From assembly GCF_001194135.2 (NCBI RefSeq), contig NC_068983.1, positions 128,504,600 through 128,568,599 of the forward strand: a DNA stretch of 64,000 bases, given 5' to 3'. Of this stretch, positions 50,590-62,740 are shown in pieces; the stretch's first letter is position 1; each line of letters opens with the position of its first letter. The notes beneath the pieces are model-generated. The model was not told where the DNA came from. It saw only the letters and a list, made by a program, of their open reading frames with translations, and made no database searches. The position numbers and the translations under genes are program-made. The DNA comes from Octopus bimaculoides. Taxonomy: Eukaryota.

Positions 50590-50830
50590 AAACAATGTGG
50601 TATCAAAATGTTCCAGGATTAGATATATTTAATAAAAACTAACTTATTTTTACCTAAGTTTCAACACCATCTTCGAAATAATCACTTTTTGGAGTAATAC
50701 ACCGGTCCCAGGGTCCCTGTCACTTTTGGAATCTGGCCTGGAAATAATTTTCCGGAAGTGTGTCGAGGACGTTGTGCAAGTCACTCTGGATCTCGACAAC
50801 GGTGCTAAAACGGAATATTGGGTTCAATAG
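50590..50830 (-). mobile_element. 3' terminal fragment of a second mariner element
   Basis: Minus strand LDTLPENYFQARFQK*QGPWDRCITPKSDYFEDG (mariner C-terminus F..W..RW.KCI...GDYFEGD), followed by TIR-like ggtatcaaaatgttcc next to a (TA)n run. Confidence 0.7.
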
Positions 50831-51033
50831 AACCCAATCTGAAAAGCCACCTGAAAACATTTGAGATACCTCACAATGTAGATGTATTGCAAAGATCGGC
50901 ATTACTTGTAACTGCACGCATATTGCGTAAAGTACAATCTGTCTGCGGTCCTTGTTGTGACTTGACAAACACCCGGTAGATACAATATCTTCAATCAATT
51001 ATCTCGCATTATTGTATACTATGCAACGTCTAT

Positions 51034-51043
51034 AATAATAATA

Positions 51044-51127
<84 letters not shown>
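51034..51127. repeat. (AAT)n tract, target of the adjacent Dong-like insertion
   Basis: Direct reading. Confidence 0.95.
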
Positions 51128-51131
<4 letters not shown>

Positions 51132-53697
51132 TATAAAAAGTAATAAAATAGACATTACTGCAGCACCAACAGCAGAAGAACTGGAAGAATTCTGGAAACA
51201 AATATGGTCGGTGAAGCAACAACCCCAGAAAAGGACCATTAAAACAAAAGAACTTAGCACCTGAGCAACTCTGGGCTCCTATAACAACTGAAGAGGTCAC
51301 CCAGACACTGCAAAGACTAAGCAACTGGAAGGCACCTGGACACAACAAGATCCCCAGCTTCTGGTTAAAACACCTACCAGGAATGCATAAAAAGCTGGCA
51401 GAAAACTTTAACAACATACTAGCAGAGCCAGAGAAAATACTTGAATGGTTCACGAAAGGGAAAATCATCTTAATCCCCAAATCCACGGAAACAGAGGAAC
51501 CACAAAACGATAGACCTATAAACTGTCTCCCTACGATCTACAAAGCCTTTACTGCAATAATATCGCAGAGATTGAGTAAGCACCTGGAAAATAACAACCT
51601 GTTTCCAGAAGAGCAGAAGGGACGCTGCAATGGCTCATACGGCTGTAAAGATCAATTATTGATCAATAAAGCCATAACTGAAGACAGCCGCAGAAAGAAG
51701 AAAGGCCTCAGTATGGCCTGGGTGAACTACCAAAAGGCTTTCAACAGTGTTCCCCACACGTGGATTCTGGAAACACTAGCCATAAACAAGGTGGCACCAA
51801 TTATTATAAAATACATAATGCACTCAATGAACAAATGGCAGACAGTGCTACAGCTCCAAACAAAAGAGGGACTTGTGAAAACGAAAGCCATCCCCATTAG
51901 AAGAGGAATATTCCAGGAAGACACGCTCTCTCCACTCCTGTTCTGCCTGGCACTCACACCTTTAACTGAATTGCTAAATAGAACTGGATGCGGTTACAAA
52001 TGCAACGGGAAAACAGTCAGCCACCTTCTATATATGGATGACCTAAAATGATATGCTAAAAATGACAAACAGCTAGAAACACTACTATAGACAATACACG
52101 GCTTTACCAAGGAAATAGAAATGAAATTCGGATTACAAAAATGTGCCAAAGCAACCATGAAAAGAGGAAAATTAGTTAAAAGTAGCAATATAACACTAGA
52201 TAAAGCCAATGAAATAAGAGAACTAGACGAAAGCCAACCATACAAGTATTTGGGAGTCAATGAACTAGATAGGATACAACATACACAAATGAAAGAAAAA
52301 ATAAAGAAAGAGAACTGTAGACGAGTTAGATCAATACTAAAAACAGAGCTCAATGCTAAAAACAAGATAATGGGTATCAACACTTTAGCTGTCCTAGTTA
52401 TAAGCTACAGCTACAACATCCTTAACTGGACACTAAACGAACTACCTAAAATAGACAGGANNNNNNNNNNNNNNNNNNNNNNNNNNNNNNNNNNNNNNNN
52501 NNNNNNNNNNNNNNNNNNNNNNNNNNNNNNNNNNNNNNNNNNNNNNNNNNNNNNNNNNNNNNNNNNNNNNNNNNNNNNNNNNNNNNNNNNNNNNNNNNNN
52601 NNNNNNNNNNNNNNNNNNNNNNNNNNNNNNNNNNNNNNNNNNNNNNNNNNNNNNNNNNNNNNNNNNNNNNNNNNNNNNNNNNNNNNNNNNNNNNNNNNNN
52701 NNNNNNNNNNNNNNNNNNNNNNNNNNNNNNNNNNNNNNNNNNNNNNNNNNNNNNNNNNNNNNNNNNNNNNNNNNNNNNNNNNNNNNNNNNNNNNNNNNNN
52801 NNNNNNNNNNNNNNNNNNNNNNNNNNNNNNNNNNNNNNNNNNNNNNNNNNNNNNNNNNNNNNNNNNNNNNNNNNNNNNNNNNNNNNNNNNNNNNNNNNNN
52901 NNNNNNNNNNNNNNNNNNNNNNNNNNNNNNNNNNNNNNNNNNNNNNNNNNNNNNNNNNNNNNNNNNNNNNNNNNNNNNNNNNNNNNNNNNNNNNNNNNNN
53001 NNNNNNNNNNNNNNNNNNNNNNNNNNNNNNNNNNNNNNNNNNNNNNNNNNNNNNNNNNNNNNNNNNNNNNNNNNNNNNNNNNNNNNNNNNNNNNNNNNNN
53101 NNNNNNNNNNNNNNNNNNNNNNNNNNNNNNNNNNNNCAGACACGACAGAGCTGGGACCTATATACACTGGAAGCTATGCCAACACGATGGAATAACAACA
53201 GAAAAAAGATGGTATAAACACACGCCAGAAAAGGTGACAGAAAACGAGAAAGCAACCATACTCTGGGATATGCCAATACACACAGATAGAGAAATTAAGG
53301 CAAATAGACCAGATATAGTTGTCAAAGATCATGAAGTAAAAAAATGCTTTCTAATTGATGACAACGTTTCTCTAAAAGAAATGGAAAAACTTTCAAAATA
53401 CAAAGACCTGGAAATAGAGGTAACTCGAATTTGGAATCTAAACACAGAAACAATTCCTATCATAGTAGGTGCCTTAGGTATAATAAAAACATATTCAGAC
53501 AAATACATAAAACAAACACCAGGACTTACAAATATATATAACATACCGAAAATTGCACTACTCGGCACTGCACACATCCTACGCAAAACACTTTCAATAC
53601 AGTAACCATAAGAACACCACAGCACATACCCAAGGCGCACAGAGCTGGGCTCGGTAGTGAAGTGAAAGCACGTTATAAAAATAAAACTACTGAACAA
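51128..53697 (+). mobile_element. 5'-truncated R4/Dong-clade non-LTR retrotransposon, young but inactivated
   Basis: RT domains RPINCLPTIYK, EEQKG, GCKDQL, WVNYQKAFNSVPH, GIFQEDTLSPLLF, HLLYMDDLK; REL RHD...IHW, ILWD, RPDIVV, KYKDL, PIIVGALG, ALLGTAHILRK; 3' UTR ending gaaagcacgttataaaaataaaactactgaac then (AAT)n; N gap at 52461-53137. Confidence 0.95.
51383..53605 (+). pseudogene. RT-REL polyprotein of the Dong-like element, disrupted by in-frame TGA (52049-52051) and TAG (52088-52090)
   Basis: ORFs 51383..52051 and 52121..53605 are in the same frame (offset 738 nt); only two stops lie between them. The X run is the assembly gap. Confidence 0.88.
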
Positions 53698-53711
53698 TAA
53701 TAATAATAATA

Positions 53712-55020
53712 ACAATGAAAGGAATCATGTAGTGCTTCTACATAACCTGATTAAGGATACATCTATTGATGGTGTCACAATAAAAACACAACATGAAACT
53801 TGCTACTTCATATGAGTGACAATGAAAAAAATATTGAGAATTATATTGAGAAACTGAAGCCACTGATGGTGATAGTGTTGCTCCCGGCAGGTTCAGAAAT
53901 TCTTGTCCGTCTCCAGCCTGTCGATATCCAGAAAAGACCACCACAAAAGGCGAATATGGAACAAGCAAATTAATGCTGTGGCCATGGAGTGTTACTAACT
54001 GAGCAACCCGGTAGATGATAATGGTGCTCAAATTAGGGGTTACCGACAACGTATGTATGTTCATTGGAGGGAAAGGGATTGTTTCAACTCACGGAACAGA
54101 TATTATGTGATCCAGGTAGAGCAATAAGAAAAAATCGTTGGTTCACAGTCGTAGAGCTCGAAGCTATCAAAAGACGGGTTATGGAAATAGCAGCAGAGAT
54201 AACGATGAAAATACCGTTCTTACTAATAGAAGTAATCTAATAGCACAAGAAAGGAGCAATGGTAGATTAGTTGATGAGAGACATATAGATGATCTAAAAG
54301 AAGACAATAAAAATAATGGTGACATGACAGATGAATGAAAGGTAATCTACGACAGAATAAAAGCAAGACTACAGGAGAAAGATAACGACGTTTTTTGCAA
54401 CACTTAAAACGTTGATCAGTGGAAATTGAACCAAGTAACGAAACATGTCAATGAAATTCTGAAATACATTAGAACACCATCACAGAAACAAATAATTTGA
54501 TCAAGGCAGCAAGTATTGTTGTAGCAGAAAAGGTAGGTGTTGATGTAAAAAAAAAAAAAAGAAAAGAAATAATGGGAGTGACAAAGGAAAAGATCCATGG
54601 TGGAAAAGAAGAATACAAGTAGGGTTAGATATGCCCTCGAATGAAATTTATGTGTTAGACCGGAAAGAGAAAGGGGAGCATAAAAGTGAACAAATCACTG
54701 GGCGCTGAAAAAGTAGTATGATACTGAAAGAAAGGTCTTCAAAGTCGTAATGGAGGAACTGAAACAGCGTCACGTTGCAAAGAAAACAAAGATGGACATA
54801 CAACCAAAGAATGAAGGTTTACCACTAGAATAGGTTATTCTGAGTAGATCAGAAGAGATTCTATATAGAAATAAATGGAGAGTGTACAGATGAAAACTTG
54901 ATACCAGATAACAATGAAAGTGAAAGGTTTTGGAGTGAAATCTGGAGCAAAGAAAAGAGCAGAAGAAGGATGCTCTGGTCACGCGCATTTACAGGGCTTT
55001 TTAGAATTGCTATTACAAGC
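53712..55020 (+). mobile_element. 5' part of a second R4/Dong-like LINE directly after the (AAT)n tail of the first
   Basis: catatgagtgacaatga start shared with the 32356-33285 copy; [59 protein letters not shown]. Confidence 0.85.
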
Positions 55021-55696
55021 GGAGGGAAAGAAACAAAAGAAGGGTTGGTCACTTACCATTGTCTTCGGTTGGTCCTATTTTGGGGCTTTAAACGGGTCTT
55101 TAAACGGGTCTTCCAATATCCTGTTGTCCAATGTGGGAAACGTTTCCTCAAAAGACCATACATAGTACTTTCTCTTCTAAGGTGTGGTAATAATGAGATC
55201 ATCAAGACCCCATTCCGTTGTCAAAATTTTGTCCTTATTTTTATCAACAAATTCCTTCAATTCCTCGTTCACCTTTCGTAGAATTATGCGATGCAGAGGC
55301 TCGACCGAGAGGTGTTGTTCTACAAGATTCGTCTCACGCATTTGAAATTGTCATTTTCGTTATTTTTATTTAGGCTTCCTCTGTTGTAGACACTGTTGTG
55401 CCAATCTCTGTTGCTGAGAATGCTGTTTCAGTTCTTTCTGTTACTGTAGTTGGTTTATCTCTTGTTGATAATGGTTTTTCTCACTTCTTTACCTTTGCTT
55501 TTTTTTTTTTAATTATTGGTATCTGGTATCACACGCGGAATCCACGCTTACATCATTACTGGTGAGGTTTCTCTAATTTTGCTTTTCTTTTGCCAATTTT
55601 AGCCGCTGAAATTGTAACTATTGCTTAGCGGCAGGACCGTTCCGAAAACATTCTCCAATATATTTTTCCATCCTTTTACACAATATGACAATCACT

Positions 55697-55808
55697 TATT
55701 TACATTATTTACATTCGACGGATATTTGTCCTCATCTTGTTTTTGTTAACACAACGTTTCGGCTGATATATCCTCCATAATTCCTTATCTCTTAAATATA
55801 GAACTGTA
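55697..55808. mobile_element. Internally deleted (collapsed) copy of the hammerhead inverted-dimer element
   Basis: Minus arm ttatttacattatttacattcgacggatatttgtcctcatcttgtttttgttaacacaacgtttcggctgatatatcctcca fused directly to the plus-arm terminus cataattccttatctcttaaatatagaactgta. Confidence 0.8.
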
Positions 55809-56199
55809 TGAAAATCACTTATCTAACTAGAGGAACTGTAGGAGAATATCTATTTACTTCCTCATGCTCAGTCAGCCCGAGGCACAGTAGTCATCCATGC
55901 GTAGATGTCGCCACTGAATTTGGTTTTTGCAAAGAATCTACAGGTAATAACACCACCACCACCTCCAACACCAACACCAACAAGAACAATAACAATGCCA
56001 AATGTCAAACCAAGACGAGCATCACACGTGACAACTCCATCAACAACAGTAACGAAACCAGCAACGACAATAACGACAATAGTATAATAATCATCAGCAG
56101 TAATGAGATCAACAATAGTGCTGACTGCTACTACAGTATCAACAGTAATACGTTTTACGTAGGCTGTAACGAGAAAAAACACCCGAAGGAAAAAGTTTA

Positions 56200-57150
56200 C
56201 TTCGCAAACATAATAAATACATTGGCAACTCATTTCTTGCAAGGGAAAGCAGAGGGAGTTAAAAACTACGAGAAAGATATCATTCGGTTCGGTGTCATGG
56301 CACTCCCAGAAGAGGAAAGGATGTCCACCAAAAATAGATCGACAAGTTCGCATTGAGAGTAAGCTTCTCCATCCATAATAGAAAAATGTCTAAACGAAGT
56401 GTGGCCTTTTGTACGCTACACTTTTCTGTCGAGGAAAGCAATATCGGACCGCGGTAGCTATCTGCAGCAACAAAGTGGCAGCGCACAGGACGGCTACAAC
56501 GAACTCCTCTTCTAACTGGTACGTGTTGCTCCCCTATACATGGAATGTCATGAGACTAAGGTCAGGATCTCAGACACACCTCCTCAAAGGGAACAGGCCA
56601 GAGTAATGACCATGCTAGTGAATCACTTGGATAAAATAAGCATGAAATCAACCCCCAGCAAAGTAGACAGGAATGCAAGAGGAATTCCACATGTCAATTA
56701 CTCCGGAAGAAGCCCATGCTATCCAGGTATTTTTCCTATTTCAGAGTAAACCAGCCGATACAGGTGGTCGTGGAGGATAAGGAACGCAGATGTTGCATCT
56801 TTGGGAAGACCTATCATTTAAATGCTTATCGCCCCACTGTGGAGAAATCGAGAAATTTGTCAAACGCTAATCAAATATTCCTAAAGCTAAATTCGTTGCA
56901 ATCCCGAAGAGGAAAACAACGATTACCGCAACGTCAAGAAAAGGCGGAGCACAGTTGAAGTCCGACTGACTCCTTGGACATAGAAGGGACATCGGACGAC
57001 ACAAATCCACCCGAGTGGGTGATCATCGAGCGACCCTTAAAAAAGAAAAAAAGGAGAGTCCTTGAAAATACAACTGTAATCCCTAAATCCCAATTGTCGT
57101 GGGCACGAAACTGAGAAACCTGGAAAGCACAGGAGCTAATCTCGAAACCA
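56200..57150 (+). mobile_element. Degenerate ORF1 (gag-like) region of a Tx1/L1-like LINE
   Basis: Frameshifted GC-richer ORF remnants including IQVVVEDKERRCCIFGKTYHLNAYRP, resembling the I.V.VEGRRP.C..CG..GH....CP knuckle of Tx1 ORF1; basic PLKKKKRR tract. Confidence 0.45.
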
Positions 57151-57199
57151 AAGCTACGAGCCAACGATATCAGCAGCAGCAACATCAACAGCATTTGGG

Positions 57200-57360
57200 C
57201 CTGAAATTTTGCGGAAGGGGAAAGTCGATTAAGTTGCTCCCATTGCACACCTGGTGCTTATTTTGTCGGCCCCAAAGGGATGAAAGCAAAAGGTTAACCC
57301 TGGAGGCATTTGAACACATAATGTAAAAACGGCCGAATGCTATTAAGCATTTTGCCTAAC
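57200..57360 (-). mobile_element. SINE family 2, diverged
   Basis: gaaattttgcggaaggggaaagtcgatta...aaagggatgaaagcaaaaggttaacc...gcatttgaacacataatgtaaaaacggccgaatgctattaagcattttgcc matches 18340-18546. Confidence 0.65.
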
Positions 57361-58454
57361 TACAACAACAACAACAATAATAATAATCTTCGTCTACACG
57401 TGGTATTTGAAACGAGATTTTCAATTGATGCAAACACATCGAATCATATTTTCCACAATTTACTGCTTACGAAAAAAATTTAGGAACATATTTATGTTAA
57501 TATTACCTTTTCCTTGACCTCAATGTAGCAGGATGTTTTCTTTGTATTGCAAGGGAAACGGAGTTTCTAATAAAATCTATCTTTTAGTATTCTGCTAATT
57601 AGTGATATCTTGGCTAGTTCATATTTTGATACAGAAATATTAATATTGTTCTGATACAGTGGCCAGTCTGACGGAGCAAAAAATATATTGTCGGCAACCA
57701 TCGACCGTAACGTGGTTTCAATATTCATTGAAAGAGATTTCACACCGTTATACCCTTAATGTAATTTCTATAAACATATGCATTTCTCCCACTACTTCTC
57801 TCTTTTGCTATTCCTTTTCCATCTACATACACTTCTAATATATAATGTATTTTTGCCTATTCGAAACAAACCAATATCACGTATACATGTGACTTTAATA
57901 TAAAGAGAAGAAATTTAGATGTTATTCATTGGATTCGAGGTAACGCTTGACTTGCTAACAAAATGGCTTGTCTCTTTTACCTGAGGCATTTACTGTTCGG
58001 GTTCAAATTCTAACGAAAATAGCAGTTCCTTATGTGGATCATATAAAACTTATTTAATTTGCTGGCTTAAAAAAAAAAAAAAACAGATCAAAAGCATGAA
58101 CCAGAAATAAGCGCCAACGTGGATAATCCATGTTTGAAATAATAAAAACTCTTGTCTTGAATATTAATAAACGTTTGATAATATGGTCTTCCAATATGTT
58201 TCAACAAAAGTGATGATGCTCAGAGTAAGTAAGGTTTTCATTACAGGCCTGGTGTCGGTCGCTGTCGACTAAGTAACAATAACAGCAAATCAATACAGAC
58301 CTATTGCATTGAACACATTAAAATATCTAAATGTTTCTCGTAATTTTTCAGTTTACATTAGTAATAAATGGATTTGAAATAAATATATATTATGACATAC
58401 GTTTCTATGTTATATTTAACGAATTCTGTTAGAAACTGAGTTATTATTTTAGGC

Positions 58455-58620
58455 ACAGCCATGACTGCATAACATTAAGTGTGCTTCCCAGCAACAGGGT
58501 TTCGGGTTCAATCTCACTGCGTGGCAACTTCGGCAAGTTTCCTCTACTCTTGCCTCCACCCGACCAAAGACTTGTGGGTGGATTTGTTGGACAAAAATGG
58601 AAAGATCCCCGATGTATATA
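58455..58620 (+). mobile_element. SINE family 1 head
   Basis: gcttcccagcaacagggtttcGGGTTCAATCTCactgcgtggcaacttcggcaag...ccgaccaaagacttgtgggtggatttg followed by (TA)n. Confidence 0.75.
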
Positions 58621-59234
58621 TATATATATATATATATCGAGTAGGTATTTCAAGACTAACAACCCGTTATCGAATTCAGTATAAGTACGACTGTCAGAAT
58701 GAAGTGTTAGCTGAGTATAGAACGGTAATAAGAATGAGAGATATAAACAGATTATTTCATGAACTTCATTAGCTTACAGTTATTCCTGCTTTACGATGCA
58801 GTGTGCAGTGGTCTATGAATGAGTAACCTTCTTTTTAACTCTTGTCACTCAAATGTATCAATAAATATCTGTGGTTGGTTCGTAGTTAAACACCGAAATG
58901 TTTAGATTCTCTGTAGTATATAACTTTGGTCGCTAACCATTCCTCGAGGTCCAACAATTTACTGTTGATATAGTCTCATAGAAATATTGGTATATTTAGT
59001 ATTTATATATGACTTGTAAACGATTTCATGTATTCTGTTACACGATTCTATATATGAACAGGTGAATATCTCTATTCTAATATAGAAGCACAAAACAGAT
59101 ATGTTTGAGTGTGTGTGAATATCTCTTGGATAGACGGCCATACATCTTATCGACATCTGTATATGTGTGTGTGTGTGCGTGTGTGTGTGTGCACGTGCGC
59201 GCGCGTATACATCAGAGACGCGCGACTTGTAGAT

Positions 59235-59350
59235 ATAGAGACCTTCAAAGAATAAAGCTTACAAAGAATAAATCGTGGAGTCGATTTCGTCGACTAAATG
59301 TGGTGCTCCAGTATATCAGCAGTCAAATGACTGAAACAAGTAAAAGAAGA
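59235..59350 (+). mobile_element. SINE family 1 3' body fragment
   Basis: aagcttacaaagaataaatcgtggagtcgatttcgtcgactaaatgtggtgctccagtatatcagcagtcaaatgactgaaacaagtaaaaga is the reverse complement of the 12490-12600 type segment. Confidence 0.65.
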
Positions 59351-59988
59351 AAAGAAAACGAACATAAATGTATACATGTATATTTCTATAGGAATTGGAT
59401 TCATGTCTTTATATAGGAAATAGGTGTATTCAAACAAACCAAACAGTAGAAGGTGTCAGGTACATATGTTATCATTGAACAGAAGGATGCATGGCGAAAT
59501 GCTACACTTAACCAAAGTAGAATCTGAAAACAGAATATAAAAACGCATTAATATTGAGAAGCAGCAGCAGCAGTTTACCGTATAATATACATATTTTTTA
59601 TATCATAATTCATCTTATAGCTTAGAAACAAAGTTTCTGTATTCGTTGATAGCTTAAATGCTCTAGAGTTTTCAAAATAAATTGTCTTTCTTACAATATA
59701 CAGCTGAACGATCTACCGATCATTGCAATACTCTCAGCTCACGTCAACTTTCATTGCTTTCTTACACGTTATAACTTATTTCCATTGTATTTCTCCTTTA
59801 CAGCGAGATAATTTCCATTTGTATATTTGTCCACTAATACCATTCGTATTTGCTTTATCTCCAGAGACAATGGCTGTCTCTAAATAACTCCATACTTCAT
59901 TAACTTCCTTTCGGCAATTTGATTATGCAATTCTGTTTGTTTTGTTCCGTGTGTGCGTACGCATGTGAAAGTGTATACATGTGTGTGC

Positions 59989-60027
<39 letters not shown>

Positions 60028-60299
60028 CGTGTGTGCGTGTGCGTGCGTGTGTGTTTCACCACTTGTGCATTCGATTTGATGTCAACTGCATCCATTTTTT
60101 GAAATTTTTCTTATTCCAAATATTTACATGTTGATCATCATATAGCTATATTGTCACTACTATCTTGCTTTCTGTTTTCTGCTTTAGATAAAACGGGTTC
60201 CAAGAAGCAACATGTTACAAGTAGCTTCATTTTCATTATTAATTCCGCATATCTACGTAACACGCACGCGGACTCGCATTTTTTCGAACATGTTTACAT

Positions 60300-60412
60300 A
60301 ATGTGGTCAACGTTTCCATCATCATCATGAACATCATGGTCATAGCCATCATCATCCCCATCATCTTCATCAACATCAGCTGCATCGTCAGCATCATTGT
60401 TTTCATCATCAA

Positions 60413-60458
<46 letters not shown>

Positions 60459-60990
60459 GTCGTCGTCGTCGTCGTCGTCGTCATCATCATCATCATCATC
60501 ATCATCATCACTACCACTGTCATTTCCACCGTTTCCCTCACTACCACTACTGCTATCACCAACACCTACCACCACTACCTCCAACTTCCATCCTCTTTTT
60601 CATCATCATTATCTTTATCGTCATCTTCATATCATCACGATCGTCATCTTCATCATTCTCTTCATCATTCTCTTCATCATTCTCTTCTTCTTTTTTCTTC
60701 TTCTTCTTCTTCTTCTTCTTCTTCTTCTTCTTCTTCTTCTTCTTCTTCTTCCTCCTCATCCTCCTCTTCTTCTTCTTCTTTTTCTCCTTCTTCTTCTTCC
60801 TCCTCCTCCTCCTCCTCTTCTTCTTCTTCTTCTTCCTCCTCCTCCTCCTCTACTTCCTCCTCCTCCTCCTCCTCCTCTTCTTCTTCTTCTTCTTCTTCTT
60901 CTTCTTTTTCTTCTTCTTCTTCTTCCACCTCCTCATCCACTTCTTCTTCTTCTTCTTCTTCTTCTTCTCCTTCTTCTTTAACCTCTTCTT
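60300..60990. repeat. Large compound trinucleotide tract (CAT/CGT)n, (CAC)n, (TCT/TCC)n
   Basis: Direct reading; source of the poly-D/S/E/K/I/M ORFs. Confidence 0.95.
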
Positions 60991-61480
60991 ATATGATAAA
61001 AATCGATCGTAATATTACAAATGTCTTTGAATTCTAATAAACAGAAAGTTTCCTCCCCATTATCCTCCTCTCCCGCCTCTTCCCTGTGACTATGATAATG
61101 ATGATGTTGATCAAAAGCATCATTTCCTTTCATTTGTTCTAAAATCACTTCTAGTCCCAATTCCTTCTCCTCCTGACCTTCACTTGATTTGATACAGGTA
61201 TCCACATAGAGAAATTAAGCTGAATATAACATGTCACCTCTTCGAATGTTCTCCAAAAATCATGTGTATGTAGCTTCAGTAACCATTGTTAAGAATTATT
61301 ATCCTGTTTTCATTAGTAAACAAAAATAATTATTTGGCATCGCATGTCACCAATCAACACATTCTATTTTATCGTCTATACTGAACATTCATATGCTGCT
61401 AATGAATAAAAAGCGATATATGATCTACACCATACCATTAGCAGTTGCTAAACATTTCATTCCAGTCTATCATGAATACC

Positions 61481-61870
61481 AGGATGCGCAATGGCCCAGT
61501 GGTTAGGGAAGCGGACTCGCGGTCATAGGATCGCGGTTTTGATTCCCAGACCGCGCGTTGAGAGATTTTATTGAGTGAAAACACCTAAAGCTCCACGAGG
61601 CTCCGGCAGGGGATGGTAGCGAACCATGCTGTACTCTTTCACCACAACTTTCTCTCACTCTTACTTCCTGTTTCTGTTGTACTTGTATTTCAAAGGGCCA
61701 GCCTTGTTACACTGTGTCACGCTGAATATCCTCGAGAACTACGTTAAGGGTACACGTGTCTGTGGAATGCTCAGCCACTTGCACGTTAATTTCACGAGCA
61801 GGCCGTTCCGTTGATCGGATCAACTGGAACCGTCGTCGTCGGAAGCGACGGAGTGCCAACAACAACAACA
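61481..61870 (+). mobile_element. tRNA-derived SINE, family 3 (full length, (CAA)n tail)
   Basis: A box TGGCCCAGTGG, B box GGTTTTGATTCC, tRNA-like head, body colinear with 42827-43206, ends gagtgccaacaacaacaac. Confidence 0.88.
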
Positions 61871-62544
61871 TCATGAATACCACGCCATTATCCGTTGCTA
61901 ATGCCCACTTTCTATTCTATCATCAATACGTTACTAGCACTTGTTGATAAACGGTACAAGCCATTTTGGTACATTCTACGTTATCATGAACAGCATGTCG
62001 TCACCTGTTGCTAACCAATATATTGCACTCTATTATCATCAATACACTATTGTCAGCTAGTGCTAGTCAGGTCATAAAACAATAGTCAATAGCATCGATA
62101 CATTCCAATGTATCATCAACTTGAAATAAGCAATAATTATATTATTTCCATTTGTATTTTGTTTGTATATCGTTTTTATTAGGAAAAATTCAATTCATAG
62201 TTTGAGCCATCACCAAAGTCGTGGTTCATCTGATAGTTTATTCCAAGAAAAATCAATGGCAAATATTTATTATGTTTCTATGATAGTGACAACCAGAAAT
62301 TTATGTATTTTGTATTTTTTTGTATATTTTAATACTCTTTTACACACATTTTTTCACAATAATAGCTGCAACAAAATAAAGAATAAAGTGACGTTAAACA
62401 ACTATGAATAACAACAAAAACAATAACAACAAGGTACACATTTAAATATATTTTCTTCACTACTGGTATTATATGGGATACGTTGTATATATACAGGTTG
62501 TGATATTTACTGTACAATTTAGAACTTATGTCATTGAATGCATA

Positions 62545-62545
62545 C

Positions 62546-62615
<70 letters not shown>

Positions 62616-62740
62616 CAGACACACACATACACACACATATATTTACATACATATATGCACATATATAGAAATACATACACCATGCAAACATACACATATA
62701 CACAATAACACACGCAGGCACACACAAACGCATGCATGTA
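62545..62740. repeat. (TA)n/(CA)n compound microsatellite
   Basis: Direct reading. Confidence 0.95.

Noticed and set aside
60239-61037. Poly-D/E/S/K/I/M ORFs of up to 244 aa
   Set aside because: Pure trinucleotide repeat translations in several frames on both strands.
61481-61560. tRNA gene calls for SINE heads (also 42827, 58455, 20201)
   Set aside because: A and B boxes are present, but the acceptor stems are not closed and the sequences continue into shared SINE bodies.
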